In this document: in pieces, positions 18,136-27,345 of the stretch | Position numbering within the stretch: position 1 is the first letter of the stretch | Layout: every line of letters begins with the position of its first letter | NCBI GenBank assembly: GCA_016845245.1 | Contig: JAERSY010000133.1 | Coordinates: forward strand, 10-64,009 | Direction of reading: 5' to 3' | Source: Phycisphaerae bacterium | Lineage (GTDB): Bacteria > Planctomycetota > Phycisphaerae > Phycisphaerales > SM1A02 | Length of the DNA stretch: 64,000 bases | The notes under the pieces: model-generated | Seen by the model: the letters and a program-made list of their open reading frames with translations, nothing else | Databases searched by the model: none | Told to the model about the DNA's origin: nothing | Position numbers and translations under genes: made by a program

Positions 18136-19251
18136 ATGAAAGCAGTCTGTGATAGAGACGCGCTTGTTGAGGCAATGGGTCTTATTACTGGTGTTGTTGC
18201 GGGCAGAACCCCAACACCAGCCCTTCAATGTGTCCGAATGACTGGGCAGGATGGCTCAATGCAGCTTGCTGCGTCAGACACCGAAGTTTCACTTACGCTC
18301 ACAATCGACCGAGTTGACCTTGAAACTGATGGCGAAGCACTCGTTCCCGCTGATAAATTCGCTCAAATAGCAAAGAGTTGCGATGATGCCACGCTAACTA
18401 TTGTTGGCGATGACAACGCGCTCATCGTGCGTTCCTCAGATTCACGGTTCAAAGTGTTTGGATTCCCCATGTCAGAGGCAGCGGGCGTGCCCGAGTTTGG
18501 TGATGTCGAACCCGATTTCACCATGGATGCAGCCGCGCTCAAAACAATCATGGATAAATCCACGTTTGCTGCTGCAACTGATCACAGTCGATATGCGATT
18601 AATGGCGTGTTACTCGACCGATCTGGAACTCAAGTTCGACTTGTTGCAACGAACGGTCACCGACTCGCGATTGCAACAGGTGCGTGCGAAGGAAATGGCG
18701 ACAATCAAAAGTGCATTGTTCCAACAAAAGCAATGACGCTCTTAAAGCGATTGCTGCATGATGACAACGGCACTGTTTCCATTCGAATTGAAGGTGGCCA
18801 AATCATTGTCCATGTGTCATACGAACAAGGCACAACTGCAACGTTAACGAGCAATTTGGTAGAGGGAACATTCCCGCCATTTGAAGATGTCATCCCAAAA
18901 GATTTAGACCGCAAAGCAACCATTGCAACAGACGCCCTGCACAAAGCAATTCGAAGAGCACACCTCATGACAAACGAAGAGTCTAGAGGCGTTCGACTTG
19001 CGTTTGATGGAGACAAGTTACAGATTACAAGCCGTGCACCTGAAACAGGCGAAGCGGAAATTGAAGTCCCAACGCAAGCGTTCACGGGCGAACGTCTTGA
19101 GATTGGGTTTAATCCCGTTTACATCATGGATGCATTAAAGGTTGCTGGTAGCGATGAAATTACGATTGAACTGAAGAAAAGTGAAAAGCCCGGACTCGTT
19201 CGAAGCGGGAGCAATTTCACTTACATCATCATGCCAGTTAGTTTGACTTAA
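18136..19251 (+). CDS. dnaN: DNA polymerase III beta sliding clamp
   Basis: 371 aa from the ATG at 18136, preceded by AAGGAA. N-terminus MKAVCDRDALVEAMGLITGVV, then RYAINGVLLD, NGHRLA, EGTFPPFEDVIP, FNPVYIMDAL. The track's 76-aa N-terminal extension looks non-coding. Confidence 0.9.
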   Translation: MKAVCDRDALVEAMGLITGVVAGRTPTPALQCVRMTGQDGSMQLAASDTEVSLTLTIDRVDLETDGEALVPADKFAQIAKSCDDATLTIVGDDNALIVRSSDSRFKVFGFPMSEAAGVPEFGDVEPDFTMDAAALKTIMDKSTFAAATDHSRYAINGVLLDRSGTQVRLVATNGHRLAIATGACEGNGDNQKCIVPTKAMTLLKRLLHDDNGTVSIRIEGGQIIVHVSYEQGTTATLTSNLVEGTFPPFEDVIPKDLDRKATIATDALHKAIRRAHLMTNEESRGVRLAFDGDKLQITSRAPETGEAEIEVPTQAFTGERLEIGFNPVYIMDALKVAGSDEITIELKKSEKPGLVRSGSNFTYIIMPVSLT

Positions 19252-19970
19252 CGGTTTGGACCGCGCCGAGGGCCTTTTGGTCTGCGTCGCTCTCCATCTT
19301 TGCTGTTTTCATCACGCTTATATTTCACTGAACAACCCCATGGTTGCACATAGTTTGGTTTCACATCGTCTTCTGCGATGACTTGTTTAACCGCACGCAA
19401 TACGTGTGTTTCAGCGTCTTTTCCTTCTTTTCCGCGGCGGTCGTCACTCAGTGCACCTTGGTAGACGAGGACACCTTCAGTATCAATGACATACATGTGT
19501 GGTGTTGTTCGCGCGCCGTACGCCTTACCAACCTTGCCATCGTAATCCATCAACATTGGAATGTTGACTTCTGCTTCTTCAATAAACTCCGCACCTGATT
19601 CACGAACGGCTTTCTCTTCACGGTTCGCTGTTGAGTTCACTGCAAAGTAAACAACCTCTGCATCAAGCTCGCCCAAGTCGCTTACAAGTTTTCCAATAAG
19701 ACCTGAGTCCCAAACGCCTTCACACACAGGGCACTTCTCGTTAAACCACTCAAGAACAACTATCTTTCCTTCTTGTTCTTTGAGTGAATGTTCTTTGCCA
19801 TGTTGGTCAGTGAGTGTAAATGCGGGCGCTTTCTCGCCGACTTCAGCAACTTCTCGTTTCTTTTCCTCTTGTTTGCCTTGCGGGCCAGATGGATGAATTG
19901 GAGTTGGTGGTTTGGGTTGGGCAGCAATTGACACTGCAATGATCGATGTTGTCATTAGGGTTGTAAACAT
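19248..19970 (-). CDS. Thioredoxin-fold redoxin (TlpA/AhpC-TSA-like) with a basic C-terminal tail
   Basis: N-terminal anchor, then APAFTLTDQHGKEHSL, VLEWFNEKCPVC (CxxC) and TPHMYVID. Confidence 0.75.
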   Translation of the reverse strand: MFTTLMTTSIIAVSIAAQPKPPTPIHPSGPQGKQEEKKREVAEVGEKAPAFTLTDQHGKEHSLKEQEGKIVVLEWFNEKCPVCEGVWDSGLIGKLVSDLGELDAEVVYFAVNSTANREEKAVRESGAEFIEEAEVNIPMLMDYDGKVGKAYGARTTPHMYVIDTEGVLVYQGALSDDRRGKEGKDAETHVLRAVKQVIAEDDVKPNYVQPWGCSVKYKRDENSKDGERRRPKGPRRGPNR

Positions 19971-19983
19971 GGTTGCTCCTTCT

Positions 19984-20865
19984 TTACTGCATTTTTAACT
20001 CAGACTGCCTCACACGTTTTTTAACAACGTATGCGGGGTCTGTTTGTTTTCTACCAAAAAGTAACAGGCCTTCGATGTCAACAACATCTTGGCCTGCATT
20101 ATCAAAGTCGATGTTAACCGGAACACTCAAGTGGAATTCCTGTTGGTTGCGTTTCAATTCGCTGTGGTCTGAGTAGAAACGAACGCCCGAGACGGTGTCA
20201 CCAACAAACTGTATGGGTTCAAGTGTTGTGTTCCCAGCAATGTGTAATGCGTTCCCTGAAAAGTTAACCGACGCACCTTCCAGTGTGCTGAGTGGTTTTG
20301 GTAGCGCTGATTGAAATCGTTTGAGCGTCATGTCTTTGTGCTCGGGTCCTGCGCCATCCGCTTTTGTTGAAACAGCGATTGAAAGTTTTTGCGAACCGCG
20401 AACACAACTTCCTCTGCACGCAAGCCAAAATGCTTCAGCGTGAAACGTCACCTCGCCATCACTGAGTTCCTCAGGCGCAGTCACTGGAATAAAAAATGCT
20501 GCGACGTCTTTGTACCCATACGTTGCACCTTCTTCTGAATAGATGCCCATTGGTCGTGGGTAGATGGGGTCACCAATGTTGAATCCGCTTGGACCGTTCA
20601 CCTCAAACTCAGTCGGCGAACCGCTTGCACCCGGATTCTTCCAATAAATGTGCCAACCCTCTACTGGCTTGATTGGAACAATGATGTGAAATGTCTGATT
20701 TGGACCAACCCAACCAACATCTGTACGAATGCTTGCTTCCGCCATGCCATCGGGTGTGGTTTCAGGAAGTGGGGGCTGATTGTACGTAGGGTTTAACTCA
20801 GGTGGCGCAAGTCCAATGCCCACCATGCTCATAAAACTAACGACTAGCCAAAGATGCATGCACAA
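19984..20865 (-). CDS. DsbD N-terminal-domain-like (DsbD-alpha/ScsB-like) periplasmic protein
   Basis: Signal peptide, then the diagnostic GWHIYWKNPGASGSPTEF motif and a later Cys pair (WLACRGSC). Confidence 0.65.
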   Translation of the reverse strand: MCMHLWLVVSFMSMVGIGLAPPELNPTYNQPPLPETTPDGMAEASIRTDVGWVGPNQTFHIIVPIKPVEGWHIYWKNPGASGSPTEFEVNGPSGFNIGDPIYPRPMGIYSEEGATYGYKDVAAFFIPVTAPEELSDGEVTFHAEAFWLACRGSCVRGSQKLSIAVSTKADGAGPEHKDMTLKRFQSALPKPLSTLEGASVNFSGNALHIAGNTTLEPIQFVGDTVSGVRFYSDHSELKRNQQEFHLSVPVNIDFDNAGQDVVDIEGLLLFGRKQTDPAYVVKKRVRQSELKMQ

Positions 20866-20916
20866 TCTCCTTCAATTGCATTCCAACGAACACAGAGGTC
20901 GTGTATTCTGCTCAAC

Positions 20917-21345
20917 ATGTTGAAAATAGTATGCTTTTTTCTGCTTGCCTTCTCGTGTTGCCTGACTGGATGTAACTCTGGGATTAGTGACCGCAGTCTT
21001 GTCTTCATGATGCCAGATGAGGTTGCAATTGTCATTGAAGAGGGTGAAAAGGCCTTTTTAGGGGAACAAAAAGCCGTTGTGCTTGTTGATCCACGGCCGA
21101 CATGGAGTTTCCGGAAGGGACATATTCCACAAGCTGTCAACATCCCATTTGGACAGCTCAAACATCAAATGTGGCAACTTGATGATGCCGGCGTCATCAT
21201 TATTGCTGGAGAGACCTATAACGACGCAGTTGCGATAGCGATGTCAAAAAAGCTGATTGAACATGGATTTCATGATGTTCGAACGCTTCGGGGTGGACTT
21301 ACCGGCTGGGAAGACGCCGGAAAACCAGTCTCAACCAATCAATAA
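20917..21345 (+). CDS. Rhodanese-homology-domain lipoprotein, probably catalytically inactive
   Basis: Lipobox (LTGCNSG), then VLVDPRP..FRKGHIPQAVNIP and LRGGLTGWEDAG. The position of the active-site Cys reads IIIAGETYND (Ala). I use the internal ATG at 20917. Confidence 0.7.
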   Translation: MLKIVCFFLLAFSCCLTGCNSGISDRSLVFMMPDEVAIVIEEGEKAFLGEQKAVVLVDPRPTWSFRKGHIPQAVNIPFGQLKHQMWQLDDAGVIIIAGETYNDAVAIAMSKKLIEHGFHDVRTLRGGLTGWEDAGKPVSTNQ

Positions 21346-21521
21346 CCCCTCTTTTTTCTTGCCGAAAGTGGGTTCCGAGAGTATCCTTGTGTGTTGGTGG
21401 AGCGGTAAATGTACGCGCATAGCGCAGTTTAAAGGCAACCTAGCCCATCGCTTTGTCGAATATTTACCAATGATGCCAGCGCTCGCTGGCGACGAACTTT
21501 CTTTAAGGAGAATGAGACAAG

Positions 21522-23054
21522 ATGATTTCAAGAACATTACTCATCGGCTCGATTACTGGACTCTGCATGGTTGGCGCTGGTTCAATGCTGACGCACCCAA
21601 GCAAAGCTAAACAAGATTTCCAACCAACTGCACATACTGGGCAAGACCCCGTACGCATGGCAATGGGTGATGTTGAGCTCTCTTCAGAACTCATCGTCAA
21701 TGGTCTTGCAAGACCTGTCCAAGTCTGTTCGATTCCTGGCGATTATGAACGACTCTTTATTGTCGAACAACGCTCCGGCAGTACGGGCCGTGTTCGCATT
21801 TTCAATCTTGACTCAGGCCAACTGTACTCGACGTCGTATTTGACGCAGTCTGTCAGTACAAGTTCTGAACAAGGTCTCCTTGGTATGGCGTTCCACCCAA
21901 ACTACGACCAAAACGGTTATGTGTACATTAACTACACCGCGACGAATGGCAGCACAGTGATTAAACGATTCACCGTTTCTTCATCAAACCCGGACGTCGT
22001 CGATTCAAGTTCTGGCTACACCATCATGACCATCAGTCAGCCATACTCAAACCACAATGGTGGTTGGCTTGGATTTGGCCCAGATGGTTACCTTTATATT
22101 TCAAATGGTGATGGCGGCTCTGGTGGTGACCCCGGTAACCGTGCACAGGACATTACAAATCAACTTCTTGGCAAAATGCTCAGAATCGATGTCGATGGTG
22201 GCTCACCATACGCAATCCCACAAGACAACCCATTTGTCGGCGTGACAGGCGACGATGAGATTTGGTCATACGGTTTACGAAACGCATGGCGATGTTCATT
22301 CGACCGCGAAACAGGCGACCTTTGGATGGGCGATGTTGGTCAGAACGCATGGGAAGAAATTTCCGTTCAACCCGCAAACAGCCAAGGTGGTGAAAACTGG
22401 GGCTGGCGTTGTTATGAAGGTGACCACTCCTATAACACAAGCGGTTGCCCATCTTCATCCACAATGGAGTTCCCTGTCTGGGAATACTCACACAGCTATG
22501 GTTGCTCAGTAACTGGCGGACACGTGTACCGCGGTGAAGCAATGCCTGCCTTGCATGGCACATACTTCTTTAGTGACTACTGCACGAGCAAAATGTGGAC
22601 CATGAAATGGGATGGCACAAACATCTATGACTACCAAGACCGCACAAGCGAAATTGGAGGAAGCATTAACAGTGTTGCTGGCTTCGGCGAAGATGCTGCT
22701 GGTGAAATCTACGTATGTGACTTGGGCGGCGAAGTGTGGAAGATTATCCCGCAGCCAGTACCAGGCGCATGCTGCATCGGCACGACATCATGCGTCAATA
22801 TCCCAGAGTCCAACTGTAACTCTGGTGGCGGCACTTGGATGGGTGCAGGCACGACTTGTGCTGGCGGCGCTTGTGATGAGCCAGCTTGCCCAACCGATGT
22901 CAATGGCGATGGCAGCACCAACGTCACTGATATTCTTTCAATGATTGCTGACTGGGGCGCTTGCTCTGGATGTAATACAGACGTCAATGATGATGGCTAT
23001 GTCAATGTCACTGACCTCCTAGAAGCAATCGGTGCATGGGGACCTTGCGAATAA
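21522..23054 (+). CDS. Secreted PQQ-dependent sugar (glucose/sorbosone) dehydrogenase with a Cys-rich module and dockerin-like C-terminus
   Basis: Signal peptide, then GLLGMAFHPNY, HNGGWLGFGPDGYLYISNGDGGSGGDP, NPF and YGLRNAWRCSFD. The C-terminus carries two EF-hand/dockerin repeats (DVNGDGSTNVTDIL, DVNDDGYVNVTDLL). AAGGAG lies 11 nt upstream. Confidence 0.85.
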   Translation: MISRTLLIGSITGLCMVGAGSMLTHPSKAKQDFQPTAHTGQDPVRMAMGDVELSSELIVNGLARPVQVCSIPGDYERLFIVEQRSGSTGRVRIFNLDSGQLYSTSYLTQSVSTSSEQGLLGMAFHPNYDQNGYVYINYTATNGSTVIKRFTVSSSNPDVVDSSSGYTIMTISQPYSNHNGGWLGFGPDGYLYISNGDGGSGGDPGNRAQDITNQLLGKMLRIDVDGGSPYAIPQDNPFVGVTGDDEIWSYGLRNAWRCSFDRETGDLWMGDVGQNAWEEISVQPANSQGGENWGWRCYEGDHSYNTSGCPSSSTMEFPVWEYSHSYGCSVTGGHVYRGEAMPALHGTYFFSDYCTSKMWTMKWDGTNIYDYQDRTSEIGGSINSVAGFGEDAAGEIYVCDLGGEVWKIIPQPVPGACCIGTTSCVNIPESNCNSGGGTWMGAGTTCAGGACDEPACPTDVNGDGSTNVTDILSMIADWGACSGCNTDVNDDGYVNVTDLLEAIGAWGPCE

Positions 23055-23084
23055 CTCAACGATTCGCTGCAATTTGATATAATT

Positions 23085-23124
23085 CTCGGTCGCGATTCAT
23101 CCGAGTCGCGACCGAGTTTCTTTT
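23085..23124 (+). terminator. Rho-independent terminator after the dehydrogenase gene
   Basis: 11-bp GC-rich stem (ctcggtcgcga / tcgcgaccgag) followed by TTTCTTTT. Confidence 0.6.
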
Positions 23125-23135
23125 GGGACTCAAAA

Positions 23136-23194
<59 letters not shown>

Positions 23195-23209
<15 letters not shown>

Positions 23210-23288
23210 TTTAAAACGAAAGAGAAACATTCGTTTCTCTTTCGTTTTTGCATGGACCTCACTGCGTGCCAAAGGCACGCTGGCTTCT
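23195..23288 (+). repeat. Direct repeat copy 1 (tRNA-Ile 3' end plus downstream about 80 nt)
   Basis: It aligns with 23347-23439. 23229-23270 is identical to 23380-23421 (42 nt). Confidence 0.75.
23213..23248 (+). terminator. 16-bp perfect hairpin immediately after the tRNA (probable terminator)
   Basis: aaaacgaaagagaaac / gtttctctttcgtttt with loop ATTC. The T-run is part of the 3' arm. Confidence 0.5.
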
Positions 23289-23346
23289 GCTGAAGCAGAA
23301 GCGTGTCCTCTGATCAATTTCAAACCATAGGTTTGAAACAGTGCAA

Positions 23347-23439
23347 GTCCACTTGACCCATTAAAACCAAAGCAGAAACATTCGTTTCTCTTTCGTTTTT
23401 GCATGGACCTCACTGCGTGCCGAAGGCACGCAGGCTTCT
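23347..23439 (+). repeat. Direct repeat copy 2 (degenerate tRNA 3' end plus terminator-like segment)
   Basis: gtccacttgaccca versus the tRNA's gtccacttcggccca. The left hairpin arm carries substitutions and an indel. Confidence 0.75.
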
Positions 23440-23449
23440 TGCGATTTTC

Positions 23450-23478
23450 TTGACAATCATCCTTGTGATGCGTAGAGT
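23450..23478 (+). promoter_or_regulatory. Sigma-70-like promoter candidate (TTGACA-17 nt-TAGAGT)
   Basis: Perfect -35 hexamer at 23450-23455, a 17-nt spacer, and a -10 TAGAGT at 23473-23478. It lies about 70 nt upstream of the ORF at 23549. Promoter rules for this lineage are not established. Confidence 0.35.
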
Positions 23479-23548
23479 GTGGTTATCAAGGTCGATGGAT
23501 TTGTAACGACTGCCTTTTCTCTACCCAAACAGAATAGGCTGGAGCGCT

Positions 23549-24031
23549 ATGAGTGTTAAACCAAGTACTCGAAACCTAACTGCATTGCTGGTTGCGAGCG
23601 TTGTAGTCATTTCAAATGGTTGCAAAGACTCGTCTACATCGTCAGGTGTATCTAAACCAACCACTATAAGTCATGAAGAGTTGTTGGAAGAACTTGTTAC
23701 AAACCTCACGAATATCAATCCATCTGAATTGACTATAGATCTAGAACTTGTCCTTGGACCATTCGCGGATAATCCTAAGCCCAAGGGCTTAACTGGGTTG
23801 CTTCAGGGAGAAAGTGGTGCAGCAGACAACTACCGCAAAGACATGTTTCAATTGATCTATTCCATGACCTTTGAGGAACAGCTGCTGCATGTCGATTTCA
23901 TACACAAACTCTTTTTGCGACCATTGTATTATTGTGATTCATCTCATACAAAGTTGTTCGATGCGAACGGTAGTGAGATACAAACAGTTCGTGGGAACCA
24001 CATTGTGACCAACCGTTACAACTTCATGTAA
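23549..24031 (+). CDS. Hypothetical lipoprotein (tRNA-adjacent islet gene 1)
   Basis: Signal peptide with lipobox (VISNGCKDSS). It shares an N-terminal segment with the next ORF (ELTIDLELVLGPF vs AIVITPEFVLGPF). I recognise no family. Confidence 0.5.
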   Translation: MSVKPSTRNLTALLVASVVVISNGCKDSSTSSGVSKPTTISHEELLEELVTNLTNINPSELTIDLELVLGPFADNPKPKGLTGLLQGESGAADNYRKDMFQLIYSMTFEEQLLHVDFIHKLFLRPLYYCDSSHTKLFDANGSEIQTVRGNHIVTNRYNFM

Positions 24032-24053
24032 CACAGCTCGTCCCAAACCAAAC

Positions 24054-24638
24054 TTGACGTCATACGAAAACATTGAAAAGTTAACTCACGAGTTGATACT
24101 TCAAAAAGTAATCGATCGACAAACCTTAGGGGGTGTTGAAGCGATAGTTATCACCCCAGAATTTGTTTTAGGTCCATTTGAGCAATCTCAGTCTGAAGGA
24201 TCGGAGTACGAGATTGTGTTCAGTGTTGTCTACGACCCCACCCGTTATCCGGAGGGCTTTCCTAAAACACTTGCATCAACAAATTTATCTGGTTTACGCA
24301 AAGGCGAACTTGATTTTGAAACACCATGTGGCACGTTCTCTGCAGTAGACGCCCGTAGAAAACAAGACGTCCCTCCTACAACTTTCGTAACATGGAAACT
24401 TCCAACACGTGCATCTAGAATTGTTCACGCTAAGCTAAGGATTGACATTGTGGCCGTTTATGTAGTGGTTCCACACCACATCGCAATTGATGAACCGCTA
24501 ACGCTCAAGTTTTCAGATGCGTTTAAGATAAAACTAAGTAAGGGGAGGAGCATTCGCGATTTCTTTGAATGGGATAACACAGATCAGGTTATCTTTAATG
24601 GTTTAGATTCCTCAATAAGACTTCCGTTTGGATACTAA
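24054..24638 (+). CDS. Hypothetical protein (islet gene 2, partial paralogue of gene 1)
   Basis: 194-aa ORF from a TTG; the start is uncertain. It shares the HE(E)L(I)L...(E)FVLGPF segment with the preceding ORF. Confidence 0.45.
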   Translation: MTSYENIEKLTHELILQKVIDRQTLGGVEAIVITPEFVLGPFEQSQSEGSEYEIVFSVVYDPTRYPEGFPKTLASTNLSGLRKGELDFETPCGTFSAVDARRKQDVPPTTFVTWKLPTRASRIVHAKLRIDIVAVYVVVPHHIAIDEPLTLKFSDAFKIKLSKGRSIRDFFEWDNTDQVIFNGLDSSIRLPFGY

Positions 24639-24718
24639 AAGCGGTTCTCAGATTAAGTCCAGAGTTGGAGCAATTCATTGACATTGAAAGGTGTGATGCG
24701 TACAGTTTGCTGCTATGG

Positions 24719-25669
24719 TTACGCGAGTTCGGGGAACGTAGTCTTCACTGTCTCGACAAGGTCATTGACGTGTGAAGCGGATTCGTCCATGAGTGCTTGC
24801 TCTGATTCGTCAAGTTCGATCTCTACGATTCGCTCAACACCATTTTTGCCAAGGACTGCAGGTACACCAACAAACAAGCCATCAATGCCATACTGACCAT
24901 CACAATACGCAGCACATGGAAGGATGCGTTTTTTATCTTTGATAATCGCTTCAGCCATTTGTACGCTGCCACTTGCTGGCGCGTAGTACGCTGATGTGCC
25001 CATGAGTTTGACGATTTCACCACCACCTACTTTTGCGCGTTCAACACATGCGTTGATGGTTTCTTCTGGAAGAAGTTGTGAAACTGGAATACCGTGGACT
25101 GATGTGTAACGAGGAAGCGGGACCATGTCGTCGCCGTGACCACCAAGTAAGAGCGCTTGAATGTCTTCAATGGACACATCTAGTTCCATTGCGAGGAATG
25201 CTCTGAATCGTGCAACATCAAGACAACCAGCTTGGCCGACAATGCGATTGGTTGGGAAGCCAGTTGATTTCCACGCGGTATAGACCATTGCGTCAAGCGG
25301 ATTTGAAACAAGAATGATGACAGCATCTGGCGCTGCATTTGCAATTTGTTCAGACACCGACTTCACGATTTTGACATTGGTTGCAATGAGGTCATCTCTG
25401 CTCATGCCGGGCTTCCGCGGGATGCCAGCGGTCACAATCACAACGTCACTGCCTTCGACATCTTTGTAGTCTGCTGTGCCAGTGATGTTTGCGTCAAATC
25501 GCTCCATTGGGCTTGCGCAGAACAAGTCAAGTGCTTTCCCCTGTGCAACGCCAACTGACTCTGGAATGTCGACTAACACGACATCGCCAAGTTCTTTTGA
25601 AGCCGCCCAGACGGCGCATGACGCCCCAACATTTCCTGCACCAATGACACTGATTTTTGCTCTACGCAT
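24719..25669 (-). CDS. mdh: Malate dehydrogenase (LDH-like type)
   Basis: KISVIGAGNVGAS, VLVDI, IVTAGIPRKPGMSRDDL, GGHGD. I use the ATG at 25669 (MRRAKISVIGAGN). The track's 79-aa N-terminal extension overlaps the divergent promoter region. Confidence 0.9.
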   Translation of the reverse strand: MRRAKISVIGAGNVGASCAVWAASKELGDVVLVDIPESVGVAQGKALDLFCASPMERFDANITGTADYKDVEGSDVVIVTAGIPRKPGMSRDDLIATNVKIVKSVSEQIANAAPDAVIILVSNPLDAMVYTAWKSTGFPTNRIVGQAGCLDVARFRAFLAMELDVSIEDIQALLLGGHGDDMVPLPRYTSVHGIPVSQLLPEETINACVERAKVGGGEIVKLMGTSAYYAPASGSVQMAEAIIKDKKRILPCAAYCDGQYGIDGLFVGVPAVLGKNGVERIVEIELDESEQALMDESASHVNDLVETVKTTFPELA

Positions 25670-25756
25670 TTCGGTAAACACCTTATTTTGAGGTAAAGAG
25701 TTGAAAACGACGCATTCTACACGATTCCGTTTATCTCTTGTGGGTATGCTACGCAC

Positions 25757-26320
25757 ATGCTTAAACAAATCATTATTGGCGGAATCGTTGGTGGAATCAC
25801 CCTCTTTGTTTGGGGTTTTGTTTCTTGGGCCGTGCTGACATGGCACTTCGACACCATTAGGCAAGATGAAGGTATTCATGCGGTCGTTGAAAACGTCACT
25901 GAACACCTACCTGAAGCGGGCGTCTACTTTTATCCTCCAATGACAGAAGCGCATCGAACTGAAGAGGGCGGTGCTGAAGCATGGGCGGAACTCCACCGAA
26001 ATGGTCCACATGGATACGTCGTGGTTCAGCCCAATGGAAGTGAACCAATGCCACCGATGACGCTTGCAAAGGGGTTTGTCGCTGATGTGGTTGCGGCAAT
26101 GATGGCATCGCTCCTTTTAATTGCAGCACTACCATCACTTCGGAACTACCGCTCTAGAGTCGTTTTTGTAGCGTCGCTTGGGGTCTTTGCGATTCTGTCT
26201 GGTTACATCGTGGATGGCATCTTCCACGATTTCCCAGTTCGCTATACCGTCGGACTCGCAGCAGACACTGCCATTGCGTGGACCCTCGCAGGTCTTGCCA
26301 TTGGCGCAGTCGTTAAATAA
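25757..26320 (+). CDS. Hypothetical integral membrane protein
   Basis: About four hydrophobic helices (IIIGGIVGGITLFVWGFVSWAVL, VVAAMMASLLLIAAL, VFVASLGVFAILSGYIV, AIAWTLAGLAIGAVV). I recognise no family. Confidence 0.5.
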   Translation: MLKQIIIGGIVGGITLFVWGFVSWAVLTWHFDTIRQDEGIHAVVENVTEHLPEAGVYFYPPMTEAHRTEEGGAEAWAELHRNGPHGYVVVQPNGSEPMPPMTLAKGFVADVVAAMMASLLLIAALPSLRNYRSRVVFVASLGVFAILSGYIVDGIFHDFPVRYTVGLAADTAIAWTLAGLAIGAVVK

Positions 26321-26331
26321 CAGTTTCGCAG

Positions 26332-27345
26332 TTAATCTTGCTCAGCGAGCATGCGAAGCATGTCAACACAGCGGTTTGAATAACCCGCTTCGTTGTCATA
26401 CCAACTGACGACCTTAAAGAACGTGTCGCTTAAGCCGATGCCTGCTTCAGCATCATAGATACTGCTTCGCGAGTCACCGATAAAGTCTGCGCTTACGAGT
26501 GGCTCGTCTGTGTAGCCAAGCACGCCTTCCATTGCACCATTTGAAGCTTCTCGCATCGCTGCGCAGATGGTCGCGTAGTCCGTAGACTTCGTCGTGCGAA
26601 CAGTTAAATCAACAACTGATACATCAGCAGTTGGCACACGCATCGCCATGCCAGTCAGTTTGCCTTGGAGTTGTGGCAGGCAGAGACCAACTGCTTTCGC
26701 AGCACCTGTACTTGCCGGAATGATGTTCATGTAAGCATTTCGCCCACCGCGGAAGTCCTTTTTCGTTGGGCCATCTTGTGTTGGCTGAGTTGCGGTTGCA
26801 GCATGAATGGTTGTCATGAGTCCTTCTTCTAATCCGAAGTTGTCATCAATAACTTTCGCAATTGGTGCAAGGCAGTTTGTTGTGCATGAGGCGTTTGAAA
26901 GCACAGTATGCTTTGCAGGGTCATACTGATCGTGATTCACCTTGTACACAAACGTTGGAACTTCATCTGGCGTTTTCGTTGGTGCTGAAATGAGTACGCG
27001 CTTCGCTCCACCTTCAAGGTGTTTGCTCGCACCCGCAGCATCTGTAAAGAAGCCAGTTGACTCAAGCACATAATCCACACCAAGGTCGCCCCATGGAAGA
27101 TTGGCTGGGTCACGCTCACTTAAACACTTTGTGGTGTTGCCATTAATCTCAAATCCTTCATCTGTCACATTGACTTTCTTTGAGAAAGTTCCGTGCATCG
27201 TGTCATATTGAAGAAGGTATCCAAGGTTGTCTGACGGGACGAGGTCGTTGATGGCGACGATTTCAAAATCGCCACTTAGGGTTGCTGCTCGGTAGACGAG
27301 CCGTCCAATTCGACCAAAGCCATTAATTCCAATTCGAATAGTCAT
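26332..27345 (-). CDS. gap: Glyceraldehyde-3-phosphate dehydrogenase
   Basis: [19 protein letters not shown] (catalytic Cys), WYDNE. Confidence 0.95.
   Translation of the reverse strand: MTIRIGINGFGRIGRLVYRAATLSGDFEIVAINDLVPSDNLGYLLQYDTMHGTFSKKVNVTDEGFEINGNTTKCLSERDPANLPWGDLGVDYVLESTGFFTDAAGASKHLEGGAKRVLISAPTKTPDEVPTFVYKVNHDQYDPAKHTVLSNASCTTNCLAPIAKVIDDNFGLEEGLMTTIHAATATQPTQDGPTKKDFRGGRNAYMNIIPASTGAAKAVGLCLPQLQGKLTGMAMRVPTADVSVVDLTVRTTKSTDYATICAAMREASNGAMEGVLGYTDEPLVSADFIGDSRSSIYDAEAGIGLSDTFFKVVSWYDNEAGYSNRCVDMLRMLAEQD

Noticed and set aside
24651-24672. Possible third, distal att copy (gattaagtccagagttggagca) that would bracket the two-gene islet
   Set aside because: It shares only AGTCCA and a few scattered bases with the tRNA 3' end. 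This is too degenerate to tell from chance without statistics or comparative data.
25670-25906. 79-aa N-terminal extension of mdh
   Set aside because: Malate and lactate dehydrogenases begin a few residues before the GAGxxG loop. The ATG at 25669 gives MRRAKISVIGAGN. The extension would overlap the divergent gene at 25757.
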